From: an uncultured Verrucomicrobiae bacterium
GTDB lineage: Bacteria > Verrucomicrobiota > Verrucomicrobiia > Chthoniobacterales > Chthoniobacteraceae
Reading direction: 5' to 3'
Assembly (NCBI GenBank): GCA_963828525.1
Contig: CAWHEP010000014.1
Coordinates: forward strand, 1-64,000
DNA length: 64,000 nt
Part shown: positions 32,745 through 41,141 of the stretch, piece after piece
Layout of the letters: each line of letters begins with the position of its first letter
How positions within the stretch are numbered: position 1 is the first letter of the stretch
Translations under genes and position numbers: made by a program
The notes under the pieces: model-generated
Database searches by the model: none
What the model was told of the DNA's origin: nothing
What the model saw: the letters and a program-made list of their open reading frames with translations, nothing else

Positions 32745-33163
32745 CCTTTGTCTCCGAAGCGCAGCTCCCGACATTCGGATTCCCCTTGCGCGTGAACAAA
32801 GTGTATCCACAAAGCCGACGCGGGGATCAATTCCGGGAATTTATCCGCCCACTCGATTACGGTTACGCCTCCGGAAGAAAGGTATTCGTCAAACCCGATC
32901 CCCAGAACTTGCTCAGCGGTGTCGAGGCGGTAAAAATCCATGTGATAAAGAGGCAGGCGACCGCCACGATATTCATGCGCGAGAGAAAACGTCGGGCTTG
33001 TCGCTTCCATCTGTATGCCGAGACCCGCCGCGATCCCTTTGACGAAATGCGTCTTGCCCGCGCTGAGATCTCCGCGCAATGCCATCACGTCTCCCGCTTT
33101 CAACCGCCGCGCGTGTTGCTCTCCAATGGCAAAAGTCTCCGCGGCGCTATGAGAAATGATCAT
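32741..33163 (-). CDS. tsaE: tRNA threonylcarbamoyladenosine biosynthesis ATPase TsaE
   Basis: GDLSAGKT, SPTF, YHMDFYRL, IEWA. Confidence 0.95.
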   Translation of the reverse strand: MIISHSAAETFAIGEQHARRLKAGDVMALRGDLSAGKTHFVKGIAAGLGIQMEATSPTFSLAHEYRGGRLPLYHMDFYRLDTAEQVLGIGFDEYLSSGGVTVIEWADKFPELIPASALWIHFVHAQGESECRELRFGDKG

Positions 33164-34083
33164 ACCCGGAGTCAAGCGGGGGCTGTTGTTCCGATGGGCC
33201 GGTGAGGCATCCGATGCGGGTGAGCTTCAGTCGCGGAAATTGTTTCCTCCAACTGGTTTCGAGGGAGGAGGAATCATGCGGCGAGATCGCAAACAGCAAT
33301 TCGTAATCCTCGCCGTCTGAAACAGCATTGTGAATGGTCGCGCGGGGAGAGCGGGGGAGGCTCCGCTCATCCAAGCGAAAGCCAGTGCCGCTGGCGCGCC
33401 GCGAGCCGGGGCAGATCGCTTCCCAAGCCGTCGCTGAGGTCCATCATGGCTCGCAGGTGGAAGTTCTCTGTGAGCCAGCGCGCCTCCTCCACGCGCGGCA
33501 CAAACCGCAGATGCTTGCCCGCCAGTGAGCCGCCAAGGCGCCCGGTGACGTAAAGGATGTCGCCCGCGCGTCCGCCGGAGCGATAAACGCACCGCTTCCG
33601 CTCCACGAAGCCCTGAAGCGCGATAGACAAAAAAATGCCGCCTGGCGAGCGGGTTGTTTCGCCGCCAACGATGGTTACGCCAAACCGCTTCGCCGCGCGT
33701 TGCATGCCGCTGTGGCAGGCAAGCAGCCACGCGAGCGAGCAGGTTCCGGGGATAGCCATTGTAACCAACGCGCGCTGCGGTACGCCGCCCATGGCGGCGA
33801 TGTCGCTGATCGGGCGCGCCATAGCCTTCCAGCCCACCTGACGCGCTTCCGCGCTGGGCAGGAAATGTATGCCTTCGACCAGGGCGTCGGCTTTGAGAAG
33901 GCTCCAGACGGATGCGCGCGGGGCCCCGATCACGGCGCAGTCATCCCCCGGGCCCGCTTGTACGTCCTTGCCCGGCGAGAAGCTCCGTGTGAGCTCGGCA
34001 ACCACGTGTTCCTCACCACAGTCCGCGAGCGTCAAAAGCAGATCGTGGTATCGGCTTCTTACGCGCGCAGATGGCCTCTTCAT
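33147..34083 (-). CDS. thiL: Thiamine-monophosphate kinase; frameshift near 33385
   Basis: GDDCA, SDIAAMGG, GGET, MMDLSDGL, GEDYELLF; true start may be TTG ~34035. Confidence 0.92.
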
Positions 34084-34089
34084 CGTCGA

Positions 34090-34930
34090 TTACAAGGATG
34101 CTGGATGGGAATGAGTAACGTAGAGAACGAGCGCGAAAGTAATCGAATTAAAACACGAATGCATGACCATCGGAATGAGGAGCGATCCCGTCGCCTCATA
34201 AGCCAGTGTCAAGCAGAGCGCGAGAACGAAGAGGGGGAGCAGGGAAGCGGTATTGAGATGGATGGCGGCGAAGAGCGCGGCATTGCCGATCATTCCGGCG
34301 GATGCTCCTATATAGCGTTTTGCAATTCCATAGAAATAGCCTCGAAAGATAAACTCCTCGGCGACTGGCGCGACGAACGACCCGAAACGCAATCGTCCAG
34401 AAAACAGACGCGCGATCTGAGTTGCGGGATGCATTTTCAAAGAACTGCACGATTTCCTGGCTCTCGACATTGCCGCCCATCCAGCGCTGCACAAGAGCCG
34501 CGGCTCCCATCGCCAGCGGGTAAGCCGCGAGAAAGAGGAGGATTCCCGTGCCTGGCACTCTCCACAAGGGAAGCTGTTCGGATGCCAAATACCTGGACCG
34601 GGTCGATTCCGCGACAGTAGAGAAATCCGCAGATGCCGGCCAGAAGTCCCGCTGATAAGCGCCGCGCTATGCGCGACGTCCCGCAGGTTCACGGCATGTG
34701 CGCATCCTTGCCAAAGCCATGGATAACCACCATCACGAAACCAGGCCCGAGGACGGAGCTGGAGAGGAGGTCAGGGAAACCGAGTTTGCGGAGATGGACT
34801 TTACCCCCGCCGAGAAACGCGTTACGGGCCAGCGCAATGTAAACTCCCAAGCAGACCGCAATGAGAAGGATGCCTATGAATAGAACGCCGGATGATTGCA
34901 CGGGTAATCTGGCTCTGCGCACTCCGCCAT
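34090..34930 (-). CDS. CPBP/CAAX (Abi) intramembrane glutamic endopeptidase; frameshifted
   Basis: APVAEEFIFRG, LFAAIH, YEATGSL, MHSCFN. Confidence 0.85.
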
Positions 34931-34952
34931 GCCCAGACGCTCAAAGGTGGTG

Positions 34953-35955
34953 TTAGATGCCTGGCAGCAGGTAAACGCGGCCCGGTGCCAGCCTGGGGAG
35001 CGACGCCTTCCGGAAGGTTGATCTCAATTTTAGGCATGGACGCCTTGCCGAGCATCCGGAAAAGCCTGCCAAGATGGAATTTCGCCTCGTATTTCACGAT
35101 CTCCGCGTCGGGGGAGAAGCCAGAGATCGCGCGCCTTTCTCATAAGCATCCTCAATATATCCCGTCTGATTGATCAGTTTGTCCGCCAGGGCGTCTGTGC
35201 CGCTGATGATCCGGCCGTCGGCGATCCCGGCGCGCAGCGTATCCGCATTCAACCCGCGCTCGCTGGCAACGACATGCAGGAATTTGTCGTAGGTCTGCAT
35301 GACCAGCTTCTGAATGTAAGCTTTTTCCTCATCGGTCATGGGCCGTGATCCGCTTAGGATATCCTTGAAAGCGCCGCTCTTAAAACCACGGCCTGAACTC
35401 CGATTTTTCCCATCAGTTGCTCATAGTTCAGCGTCTCGATGATAACGCCAATGCTGCCGGTGATCGTAGTTTCATTGGCCATGAGATAGCTGCCACCGCA
35501 AGACACGTAGAACCCGCCGGAAGCCGCTACAGACCCCATGTAAACAACGACAGGCTTCTTCTCGCGAGCCTTGCGCACCGCGTTATAGATCGTATCAGCG
35601 GCTGTTACTTCGCCGCCGGGCGAGTCCACATATAACAGGATGGCCTTCACCTTGTCATCATCCACCGCCTGCTGCAGGCCGAGCTTCATGTCATCGATCA
35701 TCGTGTCTCCGACCGTCCCCGCGATGGATGAACTGATGAGACCTTGCAACGAGACAATCGCGATCTTGTCGGAGCTGCCGCCGGTGCCTCGGGCAAACCA
35801 CCGTTTCATCGAATTTCGGTGCGGGCCGCCCTCCGACGGAGAGATTTGGCATCTTGCGCGCGTTCGCCGCGGCAAGGACGAGATTTAGCAATCACGCTCA
35901 GACCCAGCAGAATCAATAACCCGAAGCCCAGACACCCGAAACGCTTGTTACTCAT
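34953..35955 (-). CDS. sppA: Signal peptide peptidase SppA (S49, short form); several frameshifts
   Basis: DSPGGEV, AASGGFY, TGSIGV, ADGRIISG, LINQTGY. Confidence 0.88.
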
Positions 35956-37543
35956 GAGCCGGGAACTTGCCGAATAACCAGGAATCTGACAAGCGATGTT
36001 TTCCCGGCGGCTTTCCGGGACGTCTGGAGCGCGACACGCCTTCCGCGACCGGCGCGCGCGGGGGCTGGATTAGTACCGAGCGCTGCCGGAGTTGCATGAA
36101 CGCGCTGCCCAATGTTGCGAAGAGATCGGGCGCGGCGAGAGACTCCTCGGAGCGTCCGCCCTGCTGAATAGCAAGCTCAGACGCGCGGCCGCAGAGCCAC
36201 GCGGCCAGCCTCGCCGCATCGTAGAGGGAAAGTCCCTGGCCGATCAGGGACGCGCACACACCGGTGAGCACGTCGCCCATGCCGCCCGTCGCCATCCCGG
36301 GCGCGCCAGTGGTGTTGTAGCAAACGCTGCGGCCCGCTTCCCCAACGATGGTCCGCGAACCCTTCAGGAGGAGAGTGACAGGGAAATCCTTTGTGAAAGC
36401 GTCGACTGTTTCCTTTCGACCCAAAGGTTTGCGAGGAAATAGCCGCTCCATTTCCCCGGGGTGTGGCGTCAGCAGCCTGGGGCCGGCGCAGGAGCGCAAA
36501 ACGTCGATGGCACTGGATACCAGGTTCAGCGCGTCGGCGTCCACGACCATCGGCATAGTGGCATGCCTCACCACGTCCAGGACGGCTTCGCGGGTGCGCT
36601 GCCCGAGGCCCGGTCCAATCCCCAGAGCGTCGTGTTTTCGATCCATCAGTTCACGATAGGAAACTACGGGATATACCATCACCGAAGGCGACGCCGCAGC
36701 GGCGGCAATCGCATAGATGTCTTCCGTGACGTAGAGTGTGACAAGACCCGCGCCGGCGCGCACCGCCGCTTCAGAAGCCAGCAGGGCGGCTCCCACGAAT
36801 CCTCGCGAGCCGGCGATGATCCCGATGCGGCCGTACGAGCCTTTATGGGAATCGAAAGCGCGGAGCGGCAATAGCGGCGAGAGACTCTCCGGGGTAGCCA
36901 CCAGGGCATCTTCTTGCGATCCGGGCTGGTGGCCGGAGAGGCCTTCCAGTGGCAGGACCGCAAGCCGGCCCACAAAATTGGTGGCCGGATCAGCGACAAG
37001 GCCCTTCTTGCAAAAGCCGATTGCAGCGGTGAGATCGGCAACAACGCAGTCGGGATCGGCTTCACCGGTATCGCCATTCAAGCCCGTGGGCGCGTCGATC
37101 GCGATAACACGCCCGGCTTTCGAGCGGCGGAGTTCGTTGATCTCGCGAGCCTGCGCGCGTACTGGGTCTCGCAGGGCGCCGTTCGCGCCGATTCCGAGCA
37201 GCCCGTCCAGGATGACCAAAGGCCCCGCGGTGTGGCGCGGCAATAGTGATGTGCCCACGCTGGCCAGTTTTTGCGCGGTCAGGGCGCTTAAGTGTTCAGG
37301 CGGGAAGGCCGGGTGAAGCTGGATGCGCCATCCCATCAACGCGAGGTGACGCGAGGCTACGAGAGCATCACCGCCGTTGTGCCCTTTCCCATAATAGATT
37401 CGGGCAGTGCCGGGCGAGGGGAACGATTGTCGCGCCACCTCCGCCACCCGGAGGCCGGCTTCTTCCATGAGCCCGTCGGCGGAAGCGCCGCTCGCGAAAG
37501 CGGCTTCCTCGGCACGGCGCATCTCTTCGCAGGAAACCAGCAT
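35948..37543 (-). CDS. nnr: Bifunctional NAD(P)HX epimerase/dehydratase
   Basis: LMEEAG, GKGHNGGD, SHKGSYG, VDADAL, TPHPGE, MATGGMGDVL; true stop probably ~36070 (indel-extended tail). Confidence 0.93.
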   Translation of the reverse strand: MLVSCEEMRRAEEAAFASGASADGLMEEAGLRVAEVARQSFPSPGTARIYYGKGHNGGDALVASRHLALMGWRIQLHPAFPPEHLSALTAQKLASVGTSLLPRHTAGPLVILDGLLGIGANGALRDPVRAQAREINELRRSKAGRVIAIDAPTGLNGDTGEADPDCVVADLTAAIGFCKKGLVADPATNFVGRLAVLPLEGLSGHQPGSQEDALVATPESLSPLLPLRAFDSHKGSYGRIGIIAGSRGFVGAALLASEAAVRAGAGLVTLYVTEDIYAIAAAAASPSVMVYPVVSYRELMDRKHDALGIGPGLGQRTREAVLDVVRHATMPMVVDADALNLVSSAIDVLRSCAGPRLLTPHPGEMERLFPRKPLGRKETVDAFTKDFPVTLLLKGSRTIVGEAGRSVCYNTTGAPGMATGGMGDVLTGVCASLIGQGLSLYDAARLAAWLCGRASELAIQQGGRSEESLAAPDLFATLGSAFMQLRQRSVLIQPPRAPVAEGVSRSRRPGKPPGKHRLSDSWLFGKFPAHE

Positions 37544-38607
37544 TAGCGGGAGACGGCTCCACCGGTGGAAGCCATATAGCTCTCCGCGGGGGCGATCACC
37601 TCTTCGCCCAACGCTGTCAGAGTTGCGTGCCGCCTCACCGTTTCGATACCGCTCGCGAAGCTCCGGTCGTGACTCGCGAGATCGCTCAGCGCCTGCTCAA
37701 TGTCAGCAGGCGGCAAAATATCGGCATCGAGCAGGCTCGCGACCGCCATCCGCATCCGCGCCACGACAAATGTCGCGTGGTAGATGCCTTCGATGGGTCG
37801 AGCGTCAGGGCGCAAAGGGGAAACGTAGCGCTCGGTCGCGTCATTCTCGAGCAGCGGCCCATCCACCCCGTAGCCGAAAAGCAAATTATGAGCGCTCTCG
37901 TGGGCAAGCATCTGCGTCATGCCGAGGGGACCATCCTTCCGGTCCGCGTTGATGATGATCGCGCCCCAAAGCATGAATGAGGAAGCTCCGTCAAAGGTGA
38001 GCGCCTTTGGATCCTTGGAACCGGCGGCAAGAATGATGTGCCGGATTAGCGCGCGGAACTCCAGCGCCATTTCGGGGTTGGCGTCGCCGAGCAGGGAAAG
38101 AGCGGCATGGATATTTGCTTCGCTGGCGGCGGCGGCGGCTTGCGATGGAGCAAAAACCTCAAATGGCATCTCCGGATCTGTATCCACGAATCGCGCGTAA
38201 CGGGCCGCGATCGGATCCACGGTGGGATCGGGAAGGATGAATACTCGAAGCTGCCCGTCCTCTTCGTCCAGGGCAACGATCTCCCGGAAAAAGGCTGAGG
38301 CCTGATCCAGTTCATCCCGTTCGATGGCGAGGACAAGATCGCAGTAGAGACTGTAGGCGAGCGGTGAAACGGGAGCGCGTCTGAGCCGCGCGACGAATGA
38401 TGTCAGATCACCGGGCTCAACCGCGAGGTGTTGACCGGCTTCCGCGAAGACGTACGAGAGGCTGTCAGCGAGTCTTTCCCGGACATGCTGATCGAGGAAG
38501 GCCGCCCGCCCAGCATCCGGCTCGAAGCTGTGGGAGATCAGCGTTGCTGATGGAGAGTTCAGGATTGTATGAGCCCGTCCGCGCGGTTCCACGCGGATTT
38601 TGGCCAT
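37543..38607 (-). CDS. Stand-alone HExxH-motif peptide-modifying enzyme (aKG-HExxH beta-hydroxylase family)
   Basis: GASSFMLWGAI, LAHESAHNLLF, SPLRPDARPIEGIYHATF, LTALG: HExxH plus P-x-R-x-D-x-R-P and a distal His. Confidence 0.85.
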   Translation of the reverse strand: MAKIRVEPRGRAHTILNSPSATLISHSFEPDAGRAAFLDQHVRERLADSLSYVFAEAGQHLAVEPGDLTSFVARLRRAPVSPLAYSLYCDLVLAIERDELDQASAFFREIVALDEEDGQLRVFILPDPTVDPIAARYARFVDTDPEMPFEVFAPSQAAAAASEANIHAALSLLGDANPEMALEFRALIRHIILAAGSKDPKALTFDGASSFMLWGAIIINADRKDGPLGMTQMLAHESAHNLLFGYGVDGPLLENDATERYVSPLRPDARPIEGIYHATFVVARMRMAVASLLDADILPPADIEQALSDLASHDRSFASGIETVRRHATLTALGEEVIAPAESYMASTGGAVSR

Positions 38608-38637
38608 TCGGAGGCGAAGACGCGGAATAGCGCCGGC

Positions 38638-38814
38638 TTACTTAGCGACCGACAGCCCGATGCCGCGCTTGGTTCCGAACATCGTCCCGGAGGGGAGCTT
38701 CGCAACGCGAATCTCGCCCGCGGCTGGCTTTTTAACCCGATCAAAGGCGAGCAACTTGCTCCAGTCCAACCTGAATGTTTTTGCTTTAGAAGTTATAGGA
38801 AGGAGCCGGCTCAT
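38638..38814 (-). CDS. Putative RiPP precursor peptide B1 (58 aa)
   Basis: MSRLLPITSKAKTFRLDWSKLLAFDRVKKPAAGEIRVAKLPSGTMFGTKRGIGLSVAK; ATGA overlap with A1; ends 30 bp before the HExxH gene. Confidence 0.8.
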   Translation of the reverse strand: MSRLLPITSKAKTFRLDWSKLLAFDRVKKPAAGEIRVAKLPSGTMFGTKRGIGLSVAK

Positions 38815-38969
38815 GCTATCCGGCGAAGGCCACTCTTGGTGCCGAACATTGTCATCCCTGGGCCTTTTAACGAATGCGCTTCTTCTTTGGAGGAAGCGGA
38901 AGGTTTGACTTGGTCGAACGCGAGCAGCTTGCTCCAATCGAGTTTGACGCGGTTTTTTTTGGTGCTCAT
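38811..38969 (-). CDS. Putative RiPP precursor peptide A1 (52 aa; absent from ORF track)
   Basis: Hand translation: MSTKKNRVKLDWSKLLAFDQVKPSASSKEEAHSLKGPGMTMFGTKSGLRRIA. Confidence 0.8.
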   Translation of the reverse strand: MSTKKNRVKLDWSKLLAFDQVKPSASSKEEAHSLKGPGMTMFGTKSGLRRIA

Positions 38970-38977
38970 GGGATTGT

Positions 38978-39004
38978 ATTACAAATTGCGCGTATTCTTG
39001 TCAA
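38978..39004 (-). promoter_or_regulatory. sigma70-like promoter of precursor pair 1
   Basis: TTGACA-N15-TGTAAT-ACAATCCC-ATG on the minus strand; same spacing in the duplicate copy. Confidence 0.55.
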
Positions 39005-39074
39005 CGCTTCAGCGGTATGCCGAGCCTGCTTCCGCGAATTCTATGTAGACCCGTGATCAACCATGATCCGCTTC

Positions 39075-39218
39075 ACTGAGGCCTGTCCGATTCATCCCGT
39101 TCGATGGCGAGGACAAGATGCGGTAGAGGCCGTAGGCGACTGGCGGAACGGGCGCGTTTAAGCCGCGCGACGAATGATGTCAGGTCACCGGAGTCAATCG
39201 CGAGGTGTTGACCAGCTT
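39075..39218 (-). pseudogene. Degenerate fragment of the HExxH gene
   Basis: AGQHLAIDSGDLTSFVARLKRA...LVLAIERDE matches AGQHLAVEPGDLTSFVARLRRA...LVLAIERDE at 38295-38441. Confidence 0.9.
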
Positions 39219-39389
39219 GCCACCGGCAGTCCGATCCCGCCCTTGCTTCCGAACATCGTTCCGGCGGGGAGCTTCGCGAGGCGCTTCTCGCCCGCAGCTG
39301 GCTTTTTGACCTGATCAAACGCCGAGCAATGTGCTCCAATCCAGCCTCAATGTTTTTGTTTTTGAGCTCATAGGAAGGATCTGGCTCAT
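39194..39389 (-). CDS. Putative RiPP precursor peptide B2 (64 aa after removing one extra base at ~39322); may be a pseudogene
   Basis: MSQILPMSSKTKTLRLDWSTLL/AFDQVKKPAAGEKRLAKLPAGTMFGSKGGIGLPVASWSTPRD. Confidence 0.65.
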
Positions 39390-39541
39390 GCTATCCTGCG
39401 AATTCCAGGCTTGGAACCGAACATCGTCATCCCAGGGCTCTTCAACGAGTGCGTTTCCTTGGAAGAAGCAGAAGGTTTGACTTGGTCAAAGGCGAGCAGC
39501 TTGCTCCAATCGAGTTTGATGCGGGTCTTTTTCGTGTTCAT
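39386..39541 (-). CDS. Putative RiPP precursor peptide A2 (51 aa; absent from ORF track)
   Basis: Hand translation: MNTKKTRIKLDWSKLLAFDQVKPSASSKETHSLKSPGMTMFGSKPGIRRIA. Confidence 0.8.
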   Translation of the reverse strand: MNTKKTRIKLDWSKLLAFDQVKPSASSKETHSLKSPGMTMFGSKPGIRRIA

Positions 39542-39549
39542 GGGATTGT

Positions 39550-39576
39550 ATTATAAAAGAGGCGTATCCTTGTCAA
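39550..39576 (-). promoter_or_regulatory. sigma70-like promoter of precursor pair 2
   Basis: TTGACA-N15-TATAAT-ACAATCCC-ATG; perfect hexamers but a short spacer. Confidence 0.6.
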
Positions 39577-39628
39577 CGCTGCAATATATCCAGGTGACAT
39601 CCGCGACTCCATGGACGCCTGATCAACC

Positions 39629-41138
39629 ATGATCCGCTTCGTTGTAACCAAAGGGCATCGCTACACACTCCAGGATGTGCTGAGATCGGGAAAGGCTCCC
39701 GGGGCGCGGGTGGTGAACTATGGAGACATCCTTCGCGCGGAGCGGTTGCGAACCGCCACGTATATCTTTTCCGACCTTGACCGGCTTAGCTACTGGGAGC
39801 TGGAGATCGCGGGTGGGCTCTGCGCGCGCTTGCGCGACGCGGGCTTTACCGTGCTGAATGATCCCGCTCGCGCGCGGATGCGTTACTCGTTGCTGCGCGC
39901 GTTGAGCGCCGCGGGGCTGAACGATTTTACCTGCCATCGAGCCGATGAGTTGCCGCCTTCCATGAGGATGCCCGTCTTCGTGAGGAAAATACGGGGTCAC
40001 GGAATGCCATTGAGTGATCTGCTGGGGTCGATGGACGAGGCGCGGGAAGTCATCTCGCGGGCGGGCCGGGCGGGTGTTCCGGCGGAAAACCTCATGGTTA
40101 TAGAATATGCAGGCGAACCGGTTGCCGGAGGCCGATTCCGCAAGCTGGCCGCCTTCCGGCTCGGCCCGCGCATCGTCCATTATATCGGGGTCAACGACAC
40201 GCAGTGGCTCGTGAAATATGGAAGCGCGGAGGGGGTGAGCGAGGATCTTGTATCAGGAAGAACGCGAGATGATCCTCACAAATCCCCACAGCGCCCACCT
40301 CATGCGCGCTTTCGAGATTGCGGGTATCGAGTATGGGAGAGCGGACTTTGGATTCCGCGACGGACGCATCCAAATTTTCGAGATTAACACGAATCCCTTT
40401 GTGTCCGCGCCGCCCAGCCACAACTCCCGCGTGAGAGTTGAGAACATGCAGCTCGCCTGGGAAAAATATCTGGACGCGCTCGCAGCAATTGATTCTCCCT
40501 CCGGCCCGCCTTTTTCAGCGCGAGGCGGGCGTCTCCCGCAAGAGATCCGGGATTTGATGAATCAGGACATTTTTGAAATGGAGGCGAGAAGACGAAATAC
40601 CAGGAAGGCGGAGCGGATCATAAAGGCTCAAGGAGAGGAGATCGAAAAGCTGCGGCTGCAACTCGAAGTGTTGTCGGCGGAGAAGCGTTATGCCCTTGGA
40701 GAAATCCTCGATTTCTCGAGCGGCGGTAGCGCGGGGCACTTTACGGGGACAGGCTGGAGCGCGCCCGAACCCTGGGGCACATGGACAGATGGCGCCGTGT
40801 CGCGCCTGTCACTTCTGCTCGAGGCGGTTCCGGAAGCCGGGGCCCGCCTTGTAATGGACGCGCGAGCCCTCGTCCTGCCATCTCATTCGACGCAGCGCGT
40901 CACCGTAACGATGTGCGGCAAGGTTCTGGGAACCCATGTATTTACAAGCCCCGAGTTCGAAAGGGTGACCTTCGCGGCGCCGGCGGGCACGATTCCTGGA
41001 ATGAGATGCGAGATTGCTTTCAGCTTGCCGGACGCAATCTCCCTGAAAGCGGTCGGCAGCTCCGAAGATGATCGACTTCTCGCGCTCGGCTTTAGAAGTT
41101 TGCAGATCGTGGAGACGCCCCAGATCGACCCGTCCTGA
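39629..41138 (+). CDS. ATP-grasp-like protein with coiled coil and C-terminal beta-sandwich domain; frameshift near 40250
   Basis: VLNDP, PVFVRK, MVIEY, FRKLAAF, EYGRADFG...IQIFEINTNP; C-terminal GWSAPEPWGTWTDG...DDRLLALG. Confidence 0.65.
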
Positions 41139-41141
41139 CGC

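Larger units (their letters stand above)
39054..39640. repeat. Tandem duplication of HExxH fragment + precursor pair + divergent promoter
   Basis: 39075-39640 is homologous to 38295-39074 apart from an internal deletion; identical 21-mer tgatcaaccatgatccgcttc at 39054-39074 and 39620-39640. Confidence 0.9.

Noticed and set aside
35948..36075. C-terminal extension of Nnr overlapping sppA
   Set aside because: Probably an indel artefact; a one-base shift gives a stop at ~36070.
37543..38607. HExxH protein as a zinc metalloprotease
   Set aside because: The accompanying SPLRPDARP...YH motif and the adjacent peptides fit the RiPP-associated HExxH oxygenase family better; not experimentally excluded.
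38730..39530. Four recurrences of gagca..ttgctcca.tc as a possible CRISPR array or DNA repeat
   Set aside because: Irregular spacing, codon-type variation and no cas genes; the repeat encodes LDWSKLL.
38569..39632. Plus-strand ORFs 38569-39048, 38600-38908 and 39411-39632, and the 99-aa minus ORF 38638-38937
   Set aside because: The plus ORFs are antisense shadows of the precursor genes. The 99-aa call is B1 with a spurious upstream extension. Promoter, ATGA coupling and motif conservation all favour the short minus-strand ORFs.
38638..41138. Classical graspetide (microviridin-type) cluster
   Set aside because: No PFFARFL-type leader, and the putative cores lack the Asp/Glu acceptors needed for lactone/lactam rings.
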